Shown here one piece after another: positions 61,428 through 64,000 of a stretch of DNA of 64,000 nt. Source of the stretch: Coriobacteriia bacterium (GTDB lineage: Bacteria > Actinomycetota > Coriobacteriia > Anaerosomatales > SLCP01); contig SKMN01000028.1 in NCBI GenBank assembly GCA_007121015.1, positions 23,653 to 87,652 of the forward strand, in the 5' to 3' direction. The notes under the pieces were generated by a model, which made no database searches, was not told where the DNA came from, and saw only the letters and a list, made by a program, of their open reading frames with translations. The translations under genes were made by a program, and so were the position numbers. Within the stretch, counting starts at the first letter, position 1. Each line of letters begins with the position of its first letter.

Positions 61428-64000
61428 ATGAGCGCAGGATTGTCCCGCTTCTTGGTTCCCGGTACCGATCTCGACGTCGCTGACGCGTACGCCGGCGTGC
61501 TCGAACGCGTCCGCGACGAGGTGTTCGGCTTCGAGGACGAAGTCGTGCTCGTAGACATCGAGACGACCGGGTTCGACCCTGGTCGCGACGCTCTCATCGA
61601 GATCGCCGCTGCGCTCATGCGCGGACCGGAAGTCGTCGAGCGCTTCCACACGATGGTCGACCCGGGCCGACCCGTCCCACCCGAGATCGTGCAGCTTACC
61701 GGTATCGACGACGCGGCCCTTGCCGGTGCGCCCCCGCCCGAGAAGGCCGCGCTCGATCTCGCGGAGTTCGCAGCCGGGCGCGCCCTCGTCGCGCACAACG
61801 CCCCGTTCGACCGCTCGTTCCTCGAGCGCCTCGCTGGCCCGTCGCGCTTCGGCGGCCCGTGGCTCGACACACTCCAGCTCTCGCTCCTGGCCTTCCCGCG
61901 CCTGTCGAGCCACCGCCTCTGCGATTTGGCGGAAGCCTTTGGCGCCCACGTCCCCTCGCACCGCGCCGCAGACGATGTCGAGGCCCTTGCCACGGTGTGG
62001 CGCGCATGTCTGTGCGGCTTGGCCGACCTCGGCCCCGCACTCCTCGGCCGCCTCGCCGCACTCGCGCCAGACGCCGAGTGGCCGGCACGGAGCGTGCTCG
62101 CGCACCTCGCTGCCGGCGCGTCTGCGGCGCGTTTCGAGCTCAAGGCCGCACGCGCCGCACGCGCGCCCACCGAGCGGGGAGAGCCGCTTGCCGACGCGAC
62201 CGAACTCGAGTGCGTGTGTCCGCCTGCCGCAGAAGTCCTCGCCGAGTTCACGGCCGATGGTGCGGCGGGACGGATGTATCCGGCGTACGAGTCGCGCGCC
62301 GAGCAGGTCGAGATGGCGCGCACCATTACCCGCGCGTTCGCCGACGGGACGCACGCGGCGATCGAAGCGGGGACGGGGGTGGGCAAGTCGCTCGCGTACC
62401 TCGTGCCCGCGGTGCGCTTCGCGTGCGCGAACGACGTGGGCGTGGGTGTCGCGACCAAGACGAACGCGCTCATGGACCAGCTCGTCTACGGCGAGCTCCC
62501 GGCGCTCGCCCGGGTACTCGGCGACGGGTTCGGCTACGTCGCGCTCAAAGGCTACGAGCACTACCTGTGCCTGCGCAAGCTCGAACGGTTCGCAGCGAGC
62601 CTCACGGCCGACACGCCCGCCGAGGTCACCGGCACCGCCGCCGCCCTGCTCGCGTGGGTCGCCCAGTCATCGTGGGGCGACGTCGCGGCGATCAACGCGC
62701 ACCTTGCGCGCGAGGTCCGGGCCGAAGTCACCGCCTCGGTCGCCGACTGCACGCGCAAGCACTGCCCGTTCTACCCGTACCTGTGCTACCTGCACGGGGT
62801 GCGACGACGAGCCTCGGCAGCCCACATCGTGGTGACCAACCACGCACTGCTCTTCCGCGACGTCGTGGCTGCCGGCGGGATCCTGCCACCCATCCGGCAC
62901 TGGGTAGTGGACGAGGCGCACGCTGCGGAGTCCGAGGCGCGCAAGCAGCTATCGATGGAGTGTTCGCGCCTGGAACTCTCGGTGCTCTTCGGAGCGCTCG
63001 GCGGCGCACGCGGCGGCATGGCTGAGGAGGTCTCGCGGCGCGCCCGGCGCCTCGGTGTTGAGGACCCGACCACGATCGACGCGGCGGCGGCCGAGCTCAG
63101 ACGTGCCATCGAGGAGGCCGCCACGCTCGCGTCCTCGCTCTTCGAGTTCGTGCACGACGCGATACCCGTCCGCGACGACGGCTACGACGTGAGCGACGTG
63201 CGCGTCGACGCCGGGATCCGCGCAGGGTCGGCGTGGTCGACGGTCGCGCGTGTGGGAAGCTCGCTCGCACAGCGCCTCGACGCTGCGCTGCTCGCCGGTC
63301 GCCGGCTCACGCTCGCGCTCGAGGAGGCCGACGGCTCCGGGACATCCGACATCCGCGCCGACCTCTCCGGGCTGCTCACGCGTCTCGCCGACCAGCACGT
63401 CGCGCTCGCTACCGTCCTGGAGGGCGAGGCGACCGAGTTCGTCTACCACGTCACCGTCGACCGGCGCCCCGGAGCGCGTGCCGACCGTCTCTCGGCCTCC
63501 CGCCTCGACGTGGGCGAAGCGCTCGTCGCAGAGTTCTATCCGCGGGTCCGCTCGACGGTGTTCACCTCGGCCACGATTGCTGCGGGTGAGGACTTCTCGC
63601 ACTTCACCCGTGCCGTCGGGCTCGACCGCCTGCCACCGGAGGGCTGCGAGACCGCGCGGCTCGCGTCGTCGTACGACTTCGCGCGCCAGATGGCCGCCTT
63701 CGTGCCGACCGACCTCGGCGACGTGCGTTCGCCCGGATACGGTGCGGCCCTCGAGGCGCTGCTGTTCGACCTGCACGTCGCGATGGGCGGCTCGGTGCTC
63801 ACGCTCTTCACGAACCGCCGCGAGATGGACCGCCTTTACCGCGCACTCGCGCCACGGCTGGCCGAGGAGGGGCTCGTGCTGCTCGTCCAGAGCCGCGGTG
63901 TGTCCACGAAGCGGCTGCGCGACGAGTTCCTCGGCGAGGAGAGTGCCTCGCTTTTCGCGACGAAGTCGTTCTGGGAGGGGTTCGACGCGCCCGGCGACAC
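61428..64000 (+). CDS. dinG: DinG-family ATP-dependent helicase with N-terminal DnaQ-like 3'-5' exonuclease domain (3' end outside window)
   Basis: Own translation (the frame is open to the window end, so it is absent from the ORF track) gives MSAGLSRFLVPG…VVLVDIETTGFDPGRDALIEIAAAL…LVAHNAPFDRSFLE… (Exo I/II). Then …AIEAGTGVGKSLAYLVPA… (Walker A), …C…DCTRKHCPFYPYLC… (Fe-S type Cys) and …HIVVTNHALL…WVVDEAH… (DEAH). Confidence 0.85.
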   Translation, partial: MSAGLSRFLVPGTDLDVADAYAGVLERVRDEVFGFEDEVVLVDIETTGFDPGRDALIEIAAALMRGPEVVERFHTMVDPGRPVPPEIVQLTGIDDAALAGAPPPEKAALDLAEFAAGRALVAHNAPFDRSFLERLAGPSRFGGPWLDTLQLSLLAFPRLSSHRLCDLAEAFGAHVPSHRAADDVEALATVWRACLCGLADLGPALLGRLAALAPDAEWPARSVLAHLAAGASAARFELKAARAARAPTERGEPLADATELECVCPPAAEVLAEFTADGAAGRMYPAYESRAEQVEMARTITRAFADGTHAAIEAGTGVGKSLAYLVPAVRFACANDVGVGVATKTNALMDQLVYGELPALARVLGDGFGYVALKGYEHYLCLRKLERFAASLTADTPAEVTGTAAALLAWVAQSSWGDVAAINAHLAREVRAEVTASVADCTRKHCPFYPYLCYLHGVRRRASAAHIVVTNHALLFRDVVAAGGILPPIRHWVVDEAHAAESEARKQLSMECSRLELSVLFGALGGARGGMAEEVSRRARRLGVEDPTTIDAAAAELRRAIEEAATLASSLFEFVHDAIPVRDDGYDVSDVRVDAGIRAGSAWSTVARVGSSLAQRLDAALLAGRRLTLALEEADGSGTSDIRADLSGLLTRLADQHVALATVLEGEATEFVYHVTVDRRPGARADRLSASRLDVGEALVAEFYPRVRSTVFTSATIAAGEDFSHFTRAVGLDRLPPEGCETARLASSYDFARQMAAFVPTDLGDVRSPGYGAALEALLFDLHVAMGGSVLTLFTNRREMDRLYRALAPRLAEEGLVLLVQSRGVSTKRLRDEFLGEESASLFATKSFWEGFDAPGD

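Overview
High-GC bacterial chromosome segment centred on the replication origin. Genes diverge from oriC. On the minus strand, reading leftwards: a HATPase/wHTH gene, dnaA, [DnaA boxes plus AT-rich DUE], dnaN, recF, DUF721, gyrB, a small membrane protein, gyrA. On the plus strand, reading rightwards: [second DnaA-box cluster], a consensus promoter, rpmH, rnpA, yidD, yidC, jag, [twin parS], rsmG, parA, parB, ytxH.

Left flank (1-25 kb):
- an Mrp-type cation/proton antiporter module in Mbh-like gene order, running off the window
- tRNA-Ala
- a ~0.5 kb lower-GC non-coding stretch that looks like a structured RNA
- a membrane-anchored rhodanese-thioredoxin gene interrupted by an in-frame TGA at the active-site Cys position, with a SECIS-like hairpin
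- a ~2,900-aa cyclic beta-1,2-glucan synthase-like gene
- an SDR / FAD-oxidoreductase / DUF1365 / cyclopropane-fatty-acid-synthase cluster
- tRNA-Ile, YjbQ, a DUF151 nuclease, a MacAB-type efflux trio and a HAD phosphatase

Right flank (42-64 kb):
- addB-addA, rlmN, reverse rubrerythrin
- a membrane-anchored multihaem c-type cytochrome
- HtrA protease, an MFS exporter, ddl, an orphan histidine kinase
- feoA-feoB plus a Cys-rich mini-ORF
- an exonuclease-DinG helicase, open at the window end

Gene content points to an Actinomycetota-like Gram-positive anaerobe; this is inference only. The supporting genes are a short YidC, Jag, DUF721/DciA, AddAB, no mnmE/mnmG, rubrerythrin, the multihaem cytochrome and the candidate selenoprotein. 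No rRNA, CRISPR array, transposase, integrase or phage genes were seen.

Many long Arg/Pro/Gly-rich ORFs in the track are antisense or out-of-frame shadows typical of high-GC DNA and were ignored. GTG/TTG starts and 4-nt overlaps (GTGA/ATGA) are frequent, so several starts were re-placed using RBS and overlap evidence.

Most interesting observations:
1. the candidate selenocysteine rhodanese-thioredoxin
2. a HATPase_c_4-like/wHTH gene lying between a DnaA-box cluster and dnaA, apparently as first gene of the dnaA operon
3. an unclassified ~375-nt candidate RNA bracketed by a TATAAT box and a hairpin with a U-run
4. the membrane-anchored multihaem cytochrome
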